Shown here: positions 1 through 10,311 of the stretch, piece by piece | Numbering within the stretch: the stretch's first letter is position 1 | Layout of the letters: each line of letters opens with the position of its first letter | Assembly: GCA_963851265.1 (NCBI GenBank) | Contig: CAWKNZ010000007.1 | Location: 448,001-512,000 of the forward strand | Length of the DNA stretch: 64,000 nucleotides | Direction: 5' to 3' | Source: an uncultured Gemmatimonadales bacterium | GTDB taxonomy: Bacteria > Gemmatimonadota > Gemmatimonadetes > Gemmatimonadales > Gemmatimonadaceae | Translations under genes and position numbers: made by a program | Notes under the pieces: model-generated | The model's database searches: none | Seen by the model: only the letters and a program-made list of their open reading frames with translations | What the model was told of the DNA's origin: nothing

Positions 1-420
1 CTCGCGCGGGACGCCGCGCTCGTGGTCAGCAGCGACCTGCGGCGCGCGCGCGAGTCGGCGGCGGCGCTGCGGCCGGGTGCCCCGAACGTGATCTGGCCGC
101 TCCTGCGCGAGGTCGACCTACCGGCGGCGGCCTTCACGCCCGCGCTGCGACTTCCGCTCACCGGGTGGCTCGTCGTCGCCCGGGTGGGGTGGACCACGGC
201 GTGGCTCGCCAGCGACGAACCCCGGGCGGCCGCGAGGACGCGGGCCGTCGCGGCCGCCGACGCGCTCGAAGCGGCCGCGCGCGGCGGCGCCGTCGTCGCC
301 GTCGGGCACGGCGTGTTCCACGGCATGACGGCCGCGGTGTTGCGGGCGCGCGGGTGGCGCGGGCCGCCGTGGTGGGCGGGGCGCTACTGGGCGACGACGA
401 CGCTCTCCCGCGACCCGTGA
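1..420 (+). CDS. Histidine phosphatase family protein (5' truncated by window edge)
   Basis: Frame open from base 1; SSDLRRARESA, LREVDLP and VAVGHG match phosphoglycerate-mutase-like motifs. Confidence 0.65.
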   Translation, partial: LARDAALVVSSDLRRARESAAALRPGAPNVIWPLLREVDLPAAAFTPALRLPLTGWLVVARVGWTTAWLASDEPRAAARTRAVAAADALEAAARGGAVVAVGHGVFHGMTAAVLRARGWRGPPWWAGRYWATTTLSRDP

Positions 421-475
421 ACGGGCGTCGGGCCCGGCTCCGCGTTAGGCCGGTAGGGCGCCGGCGTGCGACACG

Positions 476-793
476 TTAGGCGTCGTCCAGGTCGGCGAGC
501 CGCGCCTCGAGCTCCTGCGCCATGCCGACGTGGCCGAAGCGGTACGACGCCTCCACGCCCTTCGTGAGCGCGTCGCGCGCGCCGGCCGCGTCGCCGAGCG
601 CCGAGCGCGCCTCGGCCAGCCGCCCCCAGCCGTTGCCCTCGTCGTCGTAGCGCGCGAGGTAGGCCTCGAGCTGCTCCACCGCGTCGGCCCAGGCGCCGAC
701 CTTCAGCAGCTCGTTCGCCAGCCCGAACCGCGCGAGTGGGTTCCCGGGCTGCCGCGCGACCATGTCGCGGAATGTGTCGATCTTGTCGGCCAT
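476..793 (-). CDS. Small TPR protein
   Basis: PGNPLARFGLANELLK and YDDEGNGWGRLAEA helical TPR pattern. Confidence 0.75.
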   Translation of the reverse strand: MADKIDTFRDMVARQPGNPLARFGLANELLKVGAWADAVEQLEAYLARYDDEGNGWGRLAEARSALGDAAGARDALTKGVEASYRFGHVGMAQELEARLADLDDA

Positions 794-832
794 CGTGGGG
801 CGGGTCGTGAGGCGGACGGAGGGGTGGCGCGC

Positions 833-1657
833 CTATTCGCGCGCGAGCAGTCGCGCGATCGCGTCGCCGACGACGCGCGGCTGCTCTTCGGGGAGGAAGT
901 GGCGTCCGTCGGCTACGACATCGAGCGTCGCGCCGGGGATGTCCTGCGCCAGCCGCTCCGCGATCGCGGGCGGAACGAACGCGTCGTGCGCGCCGGTGAC
1001 GATCGCCGTCGGCATCACGAGATCCTTGAGCCGCGGCGTCAGCGCCTGGGTTTCCGACGCGTCGAGGGCGAGCAGGTGCTCGACCAGCGCGTCGCGCCCT
1101 TCCGCGGTGCGGAACGGCCGCAGGTAGCGCGTCACGGAGCGCTCGCCCGCGTCGTGGTCCACGTAGCCCCGCAGCACCTCCTTGCGGAGCAGCGAGAGCA
1201 GGAACGTCGGCGGCAGGTGCCGCGTGAGCGGCAGCATCGCGCGCAGCACGCGCAGCTCGCGCGCGGGCCAGTCGTCGTACGCGACGGCACTCACGAGCCC
1301 GAGGCGCGCCACGCGCTGCGGCCAGCGCACGGCCATCGCGAGCGCCACCGCGCCGCCGAGCTCGTGCCCCACCACGCACGCGTAGTTGATGCCGACGGCG
1401 TCGAGCAGCGCGATGAGTCGCTCGGCGTGGGCGCGTACCGAGAGCGACTGGCCGTCGGGGCGGTCGCTGCGCCCGTAGCCGAGCAGGTCGACGAGCAGCA
1501 CGCGGTGGTCGGTGGGCAGGCACGCGGCGACCCGCGACCAGAGGTGCGACGACGTCGGGAAGCCGTGAAGGAGCACCACGGGCTCACCACCGCCACGTGA
1601 GCCCGCGGCGTGCGCGTAGAGCCGGACGCCGCCCACATCGATGAATTCGCCGCGCAT
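833..1657 (-). CDS. Alpha/beta fold hydrolase
   Basis: LLHGFP, DLLGYGRSD, GHELGG elbow, C-terminal GRHF. Confidence 0.9.
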   Translation of the reverse strand: MRGEFIDVGGVRLYAHAAGSRGGGEPVVLLHGFPTSSHLWSRVAACLPTDHRVLLVDLLGYGRSDRPDGQSLSVRAHAERLIALLDAVGINYACVVGHELGGAVALAMAVRWPQRVARLGLVSAVAYDDWPARELRVLRAMLPLTRHLPPTFLLSLLRKEVLRGYVDHDAGERSVTRYLRPFRTAEGRDALVEHLLALDASETQALTPRLKDLVMPTAIVTGAHDAFVPPAIAERLAQDIPGATLDVVADGRHFLPEEQPRVVGDAIARLLARE

Positions 1658-1898
1658 CCCGGACGGGCGTGGCGTTAGGCAACCGCGCCGCGCGCGTGCG
1701 CGCGGCGTGCGGGGCGGGCCGGGTCGGGGGCGGCGCGGGGCCGGAGTGGGGCTGGCACGGGCGCAAGATGCGGCCCCGCGCCCGGACTCGACAAGTCGAG
1801 CCGGGCGCGGGGCCGCATCCCGCGCCGCCGCTGGCGGCGCCGCGCTGCAGGTGCTACTCGCGTGCGGGTGCCATATCCGCTACACGCGTCGGGTGGCG

Positions 1899-2351
1899 TT
1901 AGCGCGCCGCGCCCGAGCCGTTCACGGGCCGCTGCCGCGCGTGCGCGCGCCAGTCCGCGACGTTGCGGTCGAACGTCGCCTGCTGGTCGGGCGTGAGTAC
2001 CCCGCGGATGTCGGTCAGCCGCTGTTCACGCGTCGCGTGTGCGCGCGCGCGGCGCGCGGCGTGTGACGCGGTATCGCCCGCGACCGACCCGGGGACGCCC
2101 ATCGAGCGACGCTCCTCGCGGTAGCGCGTCTGGATCGTCTTGAGCTGCGCGCGCTGCGAGGCGGACAGCGAGATGCCGCGCAGCAGCGCGCGTCGCATGC
2201 CGCCGTGGTGCACGTGCGCTCCGCGCATGGACGACACCGCAGCGGGCGGTTGCGGCGCGCCCGACGCCGAGGTCTGTGCGCCGAGCCGCGCGCCGCCGAA
2301 CGCGACGGCACCGCACGCGGCGCCGCAAAGGATCAGAAATGAGCTACGCAT
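1899..2351 (-). CDS. Spy/CpxP-like periplasmic protein
   Basis: Signal peptide plus LSASQ and VLTPDQQ (LTxxQ) motifs. Confidence 0.7.
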   Translation of the reverse strand: MRSSFLILCGAACGAVAFGGARLGAQTSASGAPQPPAAVSSMRGAHVHHGGMRRALLRGISLSASQRAQLKTIQTRYREERRSMGVPGSVAGDTASHAARRARAHATREQRLTDIRGVLTPDQQATFDRNVADWRAHARQRPVNGSGAAR

Positions 2352-2433
2352 CGTCGTGACCTCTCGTGTGGTGGGTGGTGCAACACGCCCCGTTCGACGT
2401 CACGCCCGCCCCGACGTTAACCCGCGTCGCGCG

Positions 2434-2460
2434 CGACGCGTTCGACGCGTTCGACGCGTT
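2434..2460 (+). repeat. 9-bp tandem repeat (CGACGCGTT)x3
   Basis: Visible in the divergent intergenic region. Confidence 0.75.
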
Positions 2461-2496
2461 CGCACGACTACGCCGGGGCGTGCGTAGCTTTCGCCC

Positions 2497-3477
2497 GTGC
2501 TCCTCCCACCCGCCGCAATGCCCAACGCGCGAGACGCCGCCGGCCGGCTCGTCGCATCCGCCGTGTTCCCCGCCGGCTGGCCGGGCCACGACGTGCGGCG
2601 CGTGCTGGTCGCCGCGGGCGTCTCGCCCGACGAACGCGCGCGCGTCGTGCGCTGCGCCCCGGCGGGTAATCGCGGCGACGGCGCGCGCCCCGAGCACGAC
2701 GACGCACGATCCTCCGTCGTCTGCCTTCACGGGTGGGGCGCGTCGGCGTACGCGTACCGCCACGTACTCGCGCCGCTCGCCGCCGCCGGACGCACCGCGT
2801 ACGCGGCCGACCTGCGCGGCCACGGCTGGTCCGACAAGCCGCTCGATCGTGCCGCCTACACGCCGGCCGCACTCGCGACGTGGACCGTCCACCTCCTCGA
2901 CGCGCTCGGTCTCGACCGCGTCGTCCTCGTCGGACACTCGCTGGGCGGCGCGATCGCGCTCCACACGGCGCTGCGTGCGCCCACCCGCGTGGCCGCGCTC
3001 GTGCTACTCGCCCCCGTGGGCCTCGCCGCCGTCGCACGGATCGGCCAGCTGCGGTGGCTCACCCCGGACGGCATCGACACGTGGCTGCCGCGACTCGCCG
3101 CCCCGCGACTCGTGACCGCCATCGCACTGCAAACCGCTTACGGCCGGCTCGGACGCCCCACGTCGCGCGACGTCGACGAATACTGGGCGCCGACGGCCGA
3201 CCCGGCGTTCGCGCGCGCGGCGCGCCTCATCGCCCACGCCGACCCGTGGGCGGAGTTCGCGCCCAGCACGCTCGCCCGCGTGCCACAACCGGTCGAGGTC
3301 GTCGCCGGTTCGCGAGACAACCTCCTCCGCATCGAACCGCTCCGGCAACTCACGGCCGTACTCCCCCGCGGAGCGCTCGACGTGGTGCACGACGCGGGGC
3401 ACGTCCTCCCGGACGAGGTGCCCGACCGCGTGCTGGCCGCCGTCGATCGCGCGTGTGCCGCTGTCGATCCCACGTGA
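2497..3477 (+). CDS. Alpha/beta fold hydrolase
   Basis: CLHGWG, DLRGHGWSD, GHSLGG, DAGH; TAGCTT -10-like box 6 nt before GTG. Confidence 0.9.
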   Translation: MLLPPAAMPNARDAAGRLVASAVFPAGWPGHDVRRVLVAAGVSPDERARVVRCAPAGNRGDGARPEHDDARSSVVCLHGWGASAYAYRHVLAPLAAAGRTAYAADLRGHGWSDKPLDRAAYTPAALATWTVHLLDALGLDRVVLVGHSLGGAIALHTALRAPTRVAALVLLAPVGLAAVARIGQLRWLTPDGIDTWLPRLAAPRLVTAIALQTAYGRLGRPTSRDVDEYWAPTADPAFARAARLIAHADPWAEFAPSTLARVPQPVEVVAGSRDNLLRIEPLRQLTAVLPRGALDVVHDAGHVLPDEVPDRVLAAVDRACAAVDPT

Positions 3478-3481
3478 GCGC

Positions 3482-4363
3482 ATGTTGACGCCCCCGGGTG
3501 ACCGCACGACCGGGCGCCCTCGACCGAGCGCCCGTCGAGCGGCGCCACGGCGCGGCCTGCTGGGCGGCGGGCTGCGGCGCGCGGTGCGCGGCGCCACGGT
3601 CGCGGTTCTCGTCTGGGCGGGCGCGTCGGCGTTGGGGCTGCCGGCGTTCGTCGGGATCGCGCCGAACGACGTGTTCGCGATCGCCGGGACCGTTGGCGCT
3701 CTGGCCGGCGCGGTCGGCGGCGAACGGCTGCTGCGTACCGCGGCGACCACCGTCGCGCTCGCGCTCGTGCTCGTGACGTCGCTTCCGGTGATCGGCCGCG
3801 TCGCGCCCTCGATCGTCCGCCGCGATCGGCCGGCCGCCGACTCGGGCGCGGGCGTGGACGCGGTCGCCGTGCTCTCGAGCGGAGTCGGTGACGACGGCAC
3901 GGTCCAGGGTGAGGGTGTCGATCGCCTGCTGGACGGGCTTGCCCTCGCGCAACGCACGGCGCGCCCGCTGATCATCAGCGTCGTGCACCCGCCGGGCGCG
4001 CGCGGAGTATCGTCGCTCGCGGACCAGCGACGCATCATCGCGCTCACCGGATTCCGTGAGCGGGTATGGACGGTCGACTCGGTGAAGTCGACGCACGACG
4101 AGGCGCTCCGGATGAGCGCCCTCGCCCGCGCGCAGGGCTGGCGCCGCGTCGCGCTCGTGACGTCGCCGGCGCACACGCGCCGGGCATGCGCGACCTTCGA
4201 GCGCGCCGGCCTGGCGGTGGTGTGCACGCCCGCGACGGCCCGGGACGCCTCGTGGGGCGGTCCCACGCCCCTGCGCTCGCCCGGCGACCGGCTGCGCGTG
4301 ACGGCGAGCTGGCTCTACGAACAGGTGGGCTGGCAGGTGTATCGTCGGCGGGGGTGGGTCTGA
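3482..4363 (+). CDS. YdcF/DUF218 (ElyC-like) membrane protein
   Basis: N-terminal hydrophobic segments, STHDEA, LVTSPAHTRRA, WLYEQVG. Confidence 0.85.
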   Translation: MLTPPGDRTTGRPRPSARRAAPRRGLLGGGLRRAVRGATVAVLVWAGASALGLPAFVGIAPNDVFAIAGTVGALAGAVGGERLLRTAATTVALALVLVTSLPVIGRVAPSIVRRDRPAADSGAGVDAVAVLSSGVGDDGTVQGEGVDRLLDGLALAQRTARPLIISVVHPPGARGVSSLADQRRIIALTGFRERVWTVDSVKSTHDEALRMSALARAQGWRRVALVTSPAHTRRACATFERAGLAVVCTPATARDASWGGPTPLRSPGDRLRVTASWLYEQVGWQVYRRRGWV

Positions 4364-4368
4364 CCGCA

Positions 4369-4830
4369 TCAGCGCACGCGCCCGAGCCGCGAGACGAACA
4401 CCGATTCGACGGCCGTCCCGCGCCGCACGATGACGCGCAGGTTGCTGCCCCCGTAGCCCAGCCCCGTCGCTGCGTAGGCCGCCGAATCGCGCGTCGAGGT
4501 CAGGCGCACCCGGTAGAGCGCGGCGAGCGGGCGACGGAGCGCGGTATCGCCCCGAACGTGCACCGCGACGACCGCCCCGCTCGAGTCGATGCGCACCGCC
4601 GCGCGCTCGCCGCGCCGCACGGCGAGCGCGCGCGCGACGGCGAATGCCGCGCGCACCTCCGACGCCGCCCCGCCGACCGCGACTCGGTCAGTCACGCGCG
4701 CCAGCCCGCGCATCCCGAGTGCGGACGCGAGCCCCAGAACGGCGAGCGCCACGACGAGTTCCGGGAGCGTGAATCCGGAACGTCGCCGCCACGCGACGGG
4801 CCAGCTACGCGTATAAGGATCGTGAGACAC
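4369..4830 (-). CDS. FimT/GspH-like pseudopilin (start uncertain)
   Basis: RRRSG-FTLPELVVALAVLG class III signal and C-terminal VSRLGRVR. Confidence 0.8.
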   Translation of the reverse strand: MSHDPYTRSWPVAWRRRSGFTLPELVVALAVLGLASALGMRGLARVTDRVAVGGAASEVRAAFAVARALAVRRGERAAVRIDSSGAVVAVHVRGDTALRRPLAALYRVRLTSTRDSAAYAATGLGYGGSNLRVIVRRGTAVESVFVSRLGRVR

Positions 4831-4931
4831 ACGCAACCGTATGTGTTCGCGGCCCCGGAGCGTGTATCGTTTTGTTGCGCTGTCGCCCATTTCATCGCCG
4901 CACCGTCCCGCCGAGTCACAAGTTCCCCGTC

Positions 4932-6011
4932 ATGCGCATCGCCATTTCGACCGGGGGCGGCGACGCCCCAGGGCTCAACGCCGTCATCCGGGCTTCGGTC
5001 CTGTCCGCCACGCGCCGCGGGTGGGACGTGCTCGGCATCAAACGCGGCTTCGCCGGCCTCCTCGGTGACGACGAGGTCATCCCGCTCACGCCGCTGTCGG
5101 TGCGCGGGATCGCCCACCTCGGCGGCACGATTCTCGGCACCACCAACCGGGGCAGTCCCTTCGACTACCCGGTGCGTCAGCCTGATGGAAGCCACGTCTA
5201 CGTCGACCGTTCCGACGAGCTGGTGGCCAACGCGCGCGCCCTCGGCATCGACGCGATCATCTCGATCGGTGGCGACGGATCGCTGCGCATCGCGCAGCAA
5301 TTGATGGGGAAGGGGATGAACGTCGTCTGCGTGCCCAAGACGATCGACAACGACGTGCCCTGTACGGTCAACACGTTCGGTTTCGACACGGCGGTGAGCA
5401 CGGTGGTCGAGGCCCTCGACAAGCTGCACACCACCGCCGAAAGCCACGACCGGGTCATGGTCGTCGAAGTCATGGGGCGCGACGCGGGCTTCATCGCGCT
5501 CTATGCCGGGATCGCCGGAACGGCGGACGTCATCCTGATCCCCGAAATCCCTTACACGGTCGAGGCGGTCTGCGAGAAGGTGCGTTCGCGCGAGCGCGCA
5601 GGCCGCCGCTTCTCGATCATCGTCGTCGCCGAGGGCGCGATGCCGATCGGTGGGGCGGTATCGATTCTTGGCGAATCGATGCCGGGACAGGCGCGACGCG
5701 TCGGCGGACTCTGCGAGCCGCTCGCGCGCGAGATCCAGACGCGCACCGGCAAGGAGACGCGCTCGCTCGTACTCGGCCACCTCCAGCGCGGCGGTCAGCC
5801 GACAGGCTACGACCGCCTCCTCTCGACCCGCTTCGGCGGCGCGGCGGTTCGCGCGATCGAGGAAGGGCAGTGGGGGCACATGGTCGCGCTGCAATCGCCG
5901 CACATCGTGTTCGTACCAATCGAAGAGGTGCTCCGCAGCGAGAAGCGCGTCGAGGTCGACGGCGACATCGTCAAGACGGCGCGCGAACTCGGCATCGCCT
6001 TCGGCGACTAA
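4932..6011 (+). CDS. pfkA: 6-phosphofructokinase
   Basis: TGGGDAPGLNA, GGTILGT, GGDGS, PKTIDND, EVMGR, LGHLQRGG. Confidence 0.95.
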   Translation: MRIAISTGGGDAPGLNAVIRASVLSATRRGWDVLGIKRGFAGLLGDDEVIPLTPLSVRGIAHLGGTILGTTNRGSPFDYPVRQPDGSHVYVDRSDELVANARALGIDAIISIGGDGSLRIAQQLMGKGMNVVCVPKTIDNDVPCTVNTFGFDTAVSTVVEALDKLHTTAESHDRVMVVEVMGRDAGFIALYAGIAGTADVILIPEIPYTVEAVCEKVRSRERAGRRFSIIVVAEGAMPIGGAVSILGESMPGQARRVGGLCEPLAREIQTRTGKETRSLVLGHLQRGGQPTGYDRLLSTRFGGAAVRAIEEGQWGHMVALQSPHIVFVPIEEVLRSEKRVEVDGDIVKTARELGIAFGD

Positions 6012-6244
6012 ATCTCGCGCGCGCGGTAACGGCGCCCCGTGTCGCGCGTCCTTCGACGGGGACGCGGGGTGTCGCCGCGGACAGACACCGTGCGACATGA
6101 TTGGCGCCGGAGCCGTCCCGACGTTCGGCTAACGCCCGCGAGCGTAACGACTTGCGATGCGAGGCGAGGACCGCGGTGACCCGCGGACGCGGCGGCATCG
6201 CGCGTGCTTGCATTGTAGGGTGACGACGGCACGGAACGGAGGAA

Positions 6245-7464
6245 TGATGGCGAGAGCGCGACGGCAGACGGCATGGGCAGTGGTGGTCAGCGCGTCCGCC
6301 GTGCTGACGGCTGGGCCGATGCCTGCCCAACCGCCGAGCGCGCCGTCGCACCAGCCAGCGTCGGGCGGCAAGTCGGGGAAGGATCCCGACGTTCCGGTCG
6401 CCTACCGGCCGCCGCCCGGGATGTGCCGCGTGTGGCTATCGGGAGTGCCCGCGTCGCAGCAGCCCGCGCCCACCGACTGCGCGTCGGCGGTACGCAACCG
6501 GCCGTCGAACGGGCGTGTTCTCTTCGGCGACGACTACGCGAAGAAGACCAGTAGCGTCCACCGCGTGCGCCCGGCGCTGGCCTTCACCGTTGCTGCCATA
6601 CGGCCCGGCGTGACCGGCGCGTGGCGGGTGAGCGCCGCGAGTTACCTCGCGTCCGGCGAGAACGCGGCGTCGCACCCGCGCGCCGTTCCGGGCGCGCCGG
6701 ATTCCATCGCCGACGCCACGACCGTCACCCGTACCGCGTCGCGTCGATCACGCACGCGCACCGACGACGAGTACGAAGCCGGTTACGCGGCCGGCTATCG
6801 CGACGCGATGAACGGGCGCCGTCCGCGATTCCGCGGCGCCGACCGGAACGATCCCGGCACCAACGCGACGAACTACGCCCCACGCGCCGGATCGCGCCGC
6901 GACTACCCCGACGTCGGCTACGGACAGCCCGGCTATGTGCAGCCCGGTTACGGACAGCCGGCCTATGGCCAGCCCGCGTACGGGCAGCCCGGCGGTGCCC
7001 TCGTCGTCGTGCCGCCCGGGCAGGACCCGCGCTACTTCAACAGCGGCCGCTACCCACCGCCGGGCCGTGCGAACGGCGTGTGCCTCGACCGCGACGGCGA
7101 CGGCTGGTGCGACGACCCGCGCTTCGGCGGCGCGTACTGCCGCGACCTCGACGGCGACGGCCGGTGCGACGACTACCCGGCGCTCGCGGCCGCGCCGTAC
7201 CCGAGCAGCCTGCCCGACATGCGGGCCGGCGTCGACGTGCAACAGGGCCGCGGGTCGCCGGTCGCGCTCCGCTGGCTCGGCACGTCCGAGGTCGTCGCGC
7301 GTCTGGTCAATCCGAAGCGCACGGCGACCCCGTACCGCGTGCTCTGGTTCGACGCGAACACGAACGCGCTCCTCCAGACGTGGACCGACCTGGACGGTGA
7401 CGGCCTGGCCGACCGGGTCGAGATCTTTCGGAACGGGCGGCGCGTGAAGTTGCTCGGGCGGTAA
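6245..7464 (+). CDS. Secreted hypothetical protein with GYGQP repeats and DxDGDG Ca-binding-like motifs
   Basis: GGAGG before ATG 6245, signal peptide, PPPGMCRVW motif, CLDRDGDGWCDD, CRDLDGDGRCDD, DLDGDGLAD. Confidence 0.7.
6916..6990 (+). repeat. 15-bp degenerate coding repeat x5, (G/A)Y(G/V)QP
   Basis: GYGQP GYVQP GYGQP AYGQP AYGQP. Confidence 0.85.
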
Positions 7465-7510
7465 GCGGGGCGGCGCCGGCCCCCGCACGGTCCGTGCGTA
7501 GCTTTCCGCC

Positions 7511-10270
7511 GTGCGCCACCCCACCGACCGCTATCTCCCCCCCGACCACGACGCCTTCGTCGCGGCCGAGCCTCCGACCGGCCGCGTCATCGTCATCGCG
7601 CCCACACGGGCCGCGTGCGAGACGATCGAACTCGCGGTCGGCCTGCACCTCGAGACGTACCTCGAGACCCACCACGGCCCGCGCCTGCGCGAGCTCGCGC
7701 GCTCGCGCGACGGCTTCGGCATTGTGGCCGGCACGGGCACGGGGAAGACGCTCGCCATCCGCCCCATCGCGGAGGAGATCGTCGGGCGCGGCGGGACGGC
7801 ACCGCTGCGCGTCGGCGTCATCAACCGCGAGCGCGAGGCCACGCCCGACACGCCCACGTGGAACGTGATCGTCGTGACCACCGGCATCGCGCGGCGCTGG
7901 TTTCAGGACGGCGACATCCTCCCGCACGACACGCTGATCGTCGACGAGATCCACCAGACGAGCGCCGAGCTCGAACTCTGCCTCGCGTTGGGCAAGCGCG
8001 TCGGCTGCCGCTTCATCTGGCTCTCGGCGACCGTCGACCCCACGTTCTACGCGCGCTACCTCGGCTCGGCCGACGTGCTCGAGGTGACGTCGTTCGACCC
8101 GCGCCGCGCCGCGCGCGTCGAGGTGGTGAACAAGCAGCCGCTCGAGTTCCTCGACGAGCGCTTCCTGCAGCAGGTCCAGAAGGGGCGGCGCGGCGTGGGC
8201 GTGTTCCTCCCCACGCGCGCCGGCGTCGAACAGGCGGCCGAGTCGGTGCGCACGCGCGCGCCCAAGATCAACGCGGCGTACTACCACGGCGGCGAGCCGA
8301 TCCGCGTCATCCGCCCCTTCCTCGAGGGCGGCGAGGAACGCCCGTACGTACTCGCGATGACCGCGGCCGGCCAGAGCGCGCTCAACGTGCGCGGGCTCGA
8401 CACCGTCGTCATCGACGACACGCGCTTCACCAACGTCGTCGAGCGCGGGCGCAACGTGTTGACGCGCACGCACCTGGGTGCGAACGAGATCCTGCAGATG
8501 GCCGGCCGCGTGCACGGCCGCGTCGAGGGCGGGCGGGTGTTCATCCTCTCGGACCGCGACATCGAGTTCAACCTGCTGCGTCCCACCGAGCCCGAGTTCC
8601 AGCTCGCGGGCGACTCCGAGCGGGTCGCCCTCACCTGCGCCGCGTTAGGCGTGCGCGCCGACGAGCTGGAGCTGCCCGTCCCGCTCGACCGCGCGTCGTA
8701 CCGCCGCGCGTTCGCGCGCCTGCAGGCGCGCCACGTCGTCGACGATACGGGGCGCCTCTCTCCGTACGGGCGGGCGGTCGAGGCGCTGCCGGTCGACCGC
8801 GCGTGGGCCGAGCTGATCGTGAACGCCGACGACGACCTCGTGCCATTCCTCGCGGTGATGAGCAGCATCGAGTCGCTGCACCGCATGACGCGGGAGGAGC
8901 GCGACCTCGACGGCGTGGTCGTACGCGGCAGCGACCACCTCACGAGCTACAACCTGTACGCCGAGGCATTCCGGGAGGCGGGCTACGTCGGCGAGGTGTA
9001 CGGGCTCCCGCGGCACCTGTTCGAGGCCGAGAAGGTCGAGCGCTGGGCCGAGCGGCGCGGCGTCCTCGTGAAGTCGGTGGAGGACGCCGCACTCGCGATG
9101 GCCAGCGTGTACCGGTCACTCGGCCTCGCGCTGCCGCAGTCGATGCCGTGGGCGAGCGAGCGCGTCTACCGCCGGTTTGCCGAACTCCTCGCCGAGTTCA
9201 TGCCCTTCGACCTCGTGATCGACGAGGAGACCGCGTGGGGCGACAACGCCCGCGTGTCCAAGACGAGCGTCTGCGGCAGTTGGGGCGCGATCGCGGGGCC
9301 GCTGCGCTACTTCGCGGATCGATTCGGCGTGCCCCGCGCCGCGATCGAGGGCACGCAGGTGCCCCCCGACCTGCTCCGGCGCCACGCCACCTTCGGCGCG
9401 CCCGAGCTGGTCTACGACCCGCGCCGCAAGGGCCTGGCGCTCACGCGCCGTGCCGAGTACTTCGGGTTTGAGCTGGAGCGCGAGGTCGAGGTGCTGTACG
9501 CGTGGGAGGACGACGTGGCCGCGGCGGCAACGCGGGCCCTCGCCGACGCGCTCGCGCGCGGCGAGGCGCGGCATGCGGCCGTGCGGCGTAACCAGCCCGC
9601 CATCGACGAGGTGCGCGAGCTGTACCGGCGGTCGGGGGGCCGCACCCCGCGCCTCTCGGAGCGCGACCTCGCCGCGCTGTACGCGGAGCAGTTGGCGGAC
9701 GTTCGCTCGCTCGACGAGTTCCGCGCCCGCCCTCTGCGACTCGACTTCGAGGGGCTGCTCGACCAGCACCTGACGCCGCGCGAGCGCGAGCGGCTGGCAC
9801 AGCTGCCAGTCACCGCGACCGTGCGTGACCGCGACGTCGATCTGCATTACGAGGTCGAGGAATCCCCGGACGGTCCGCCGCTCGGCGTGGTGCGCCTGCG
9901 CCTCCCCGAGAAGCTCGCGCGCACGCTCGTCGAGGACGAGCTCCCGGTGTTCGATCGACCCACACGGTTCATCGTGCTGCGCGGCCCACGGGGCGCGGTG
10001 CGCGCCGATACGCTCGACGAGCTGCAGGAGGTGCTCGACCGGCCGTGGTCTCCCGACGAGGGCCGACGTGCGGACGAGCGCGCCGTGGACGAACGCGCCG
10101 GCAGCCGCGACGAACGCCGGGAACGCGCGCTCGCGAACGAACTCCATCGCCACGCGCACGGCGGATCGCCGGGGGGCGGGCCCCGCCGCGGTCCGCGCGG
10201 CAGCGGTGGCGAAGGGCGCGGAGCCGGCCCGGGCGGGCGCTTCGGCCGTGGAGGCCGGCGTCGTCGGTAG
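7511..10270 (+). CDS. Atypical DEAH/HrpA-like SF2 helicase
   Basis: GTGTGKT, DEIH, SAT, FLPT, QMAGRVHGR; Gly/Arg-rich tail. Confidence 0.85.
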   Translation: MRHPTDRYLPPDHDAFVAAEPPTGRVIVIAPTRAACETIELAVGLHLETYLETHHGPRLRELARSRDGFGIVAGTGTGKTLAIRPIAEEIVGRGGTAPLRVGVINREREATPDTPTWNVIVVTTGIARRWFQDGDILPHDTLIVDEIHQTSAELELCLALGKRVGCRFIWLSATVDPTFYARYLGSADVLEVTSFDPRRAARVEVVNKQPLEFLDERFLQQVQKGRRGVGVFLPTRAGVEQAAESVRTRAPKINAAYYHGGEPIRVIRPFLEGGEERPYVLAMTAAGQSALNVRGLDTVVIDDTRFTNVVERGRNVLTRTHLGANEILQMAGRVHGRVEGGRVFILSDRDIEFNLLRPTEPEFQLAGDSERVALTCAALGVRADELELPVPLDRASYRRAFARLQARHVVDDTGRLSPYGRAVEALPVDRAWAELIVNADDDLVPFLAVMSSIESLHRMTREERDLDGVVVRGSDHLTSYNLYAEAFREAGYVGEVYGLPRHLFEAEKVERWAERRGVLVKSVEDAALAMASVYRSLGLALPQSMPWASERVYRRFAELLAEFMPFDLVIDEETAWGDNARVSKTSVCGSWGAIAGPLRYFADRFGVPRAAIEGTQVPPDLLRRHATFGAPELVYDPRRKGLALTRRAEYFGFELEREVEVLYAWEDDVAAAATRALADALARGEARHAAVRRNQPAIDEVRELYRRSGGRTPRLSERDLAALYAEQLADVRSLDEFRARPLRLDFEGLLDQHLTPRERERLAQLPVTATVRDRDVDLHYEVEESPDGPPLGVVRLRLPEKLARTLVEDELPVFDRPTRFIVLRGPRGAVRADTLDELQEVLDRPWSPDEGRRADERAVDERAGSRDERRERALANELHRHAHGGSPGGGPRRGPRGSGGEGRGAGPGGRFGRGGRRRR

Positions 10271-10276
10271 CCCCCG

Positions 10277-10305
10277 TTGACGATAGGACCGACCGGTCCT
10301 ATCAT
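10277..10305 (+). promoter_or_regulatory. Sigma70-type promoter with overlapping palindromic operator
   Basis: TTGACG-17 nt-TATCAT; inverted repeat GATAGGACC-GACC-GGTCCTATC at 10282-10303. Confidence 0.8.
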
Positions 10306-10311
10306 CCCGGT

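Noticed and set aside
2434..2460. 9-bp triple repeat as iteron or operator array
   Set aside because: Only three units and no rep or regulator gene nearby; likely slippage
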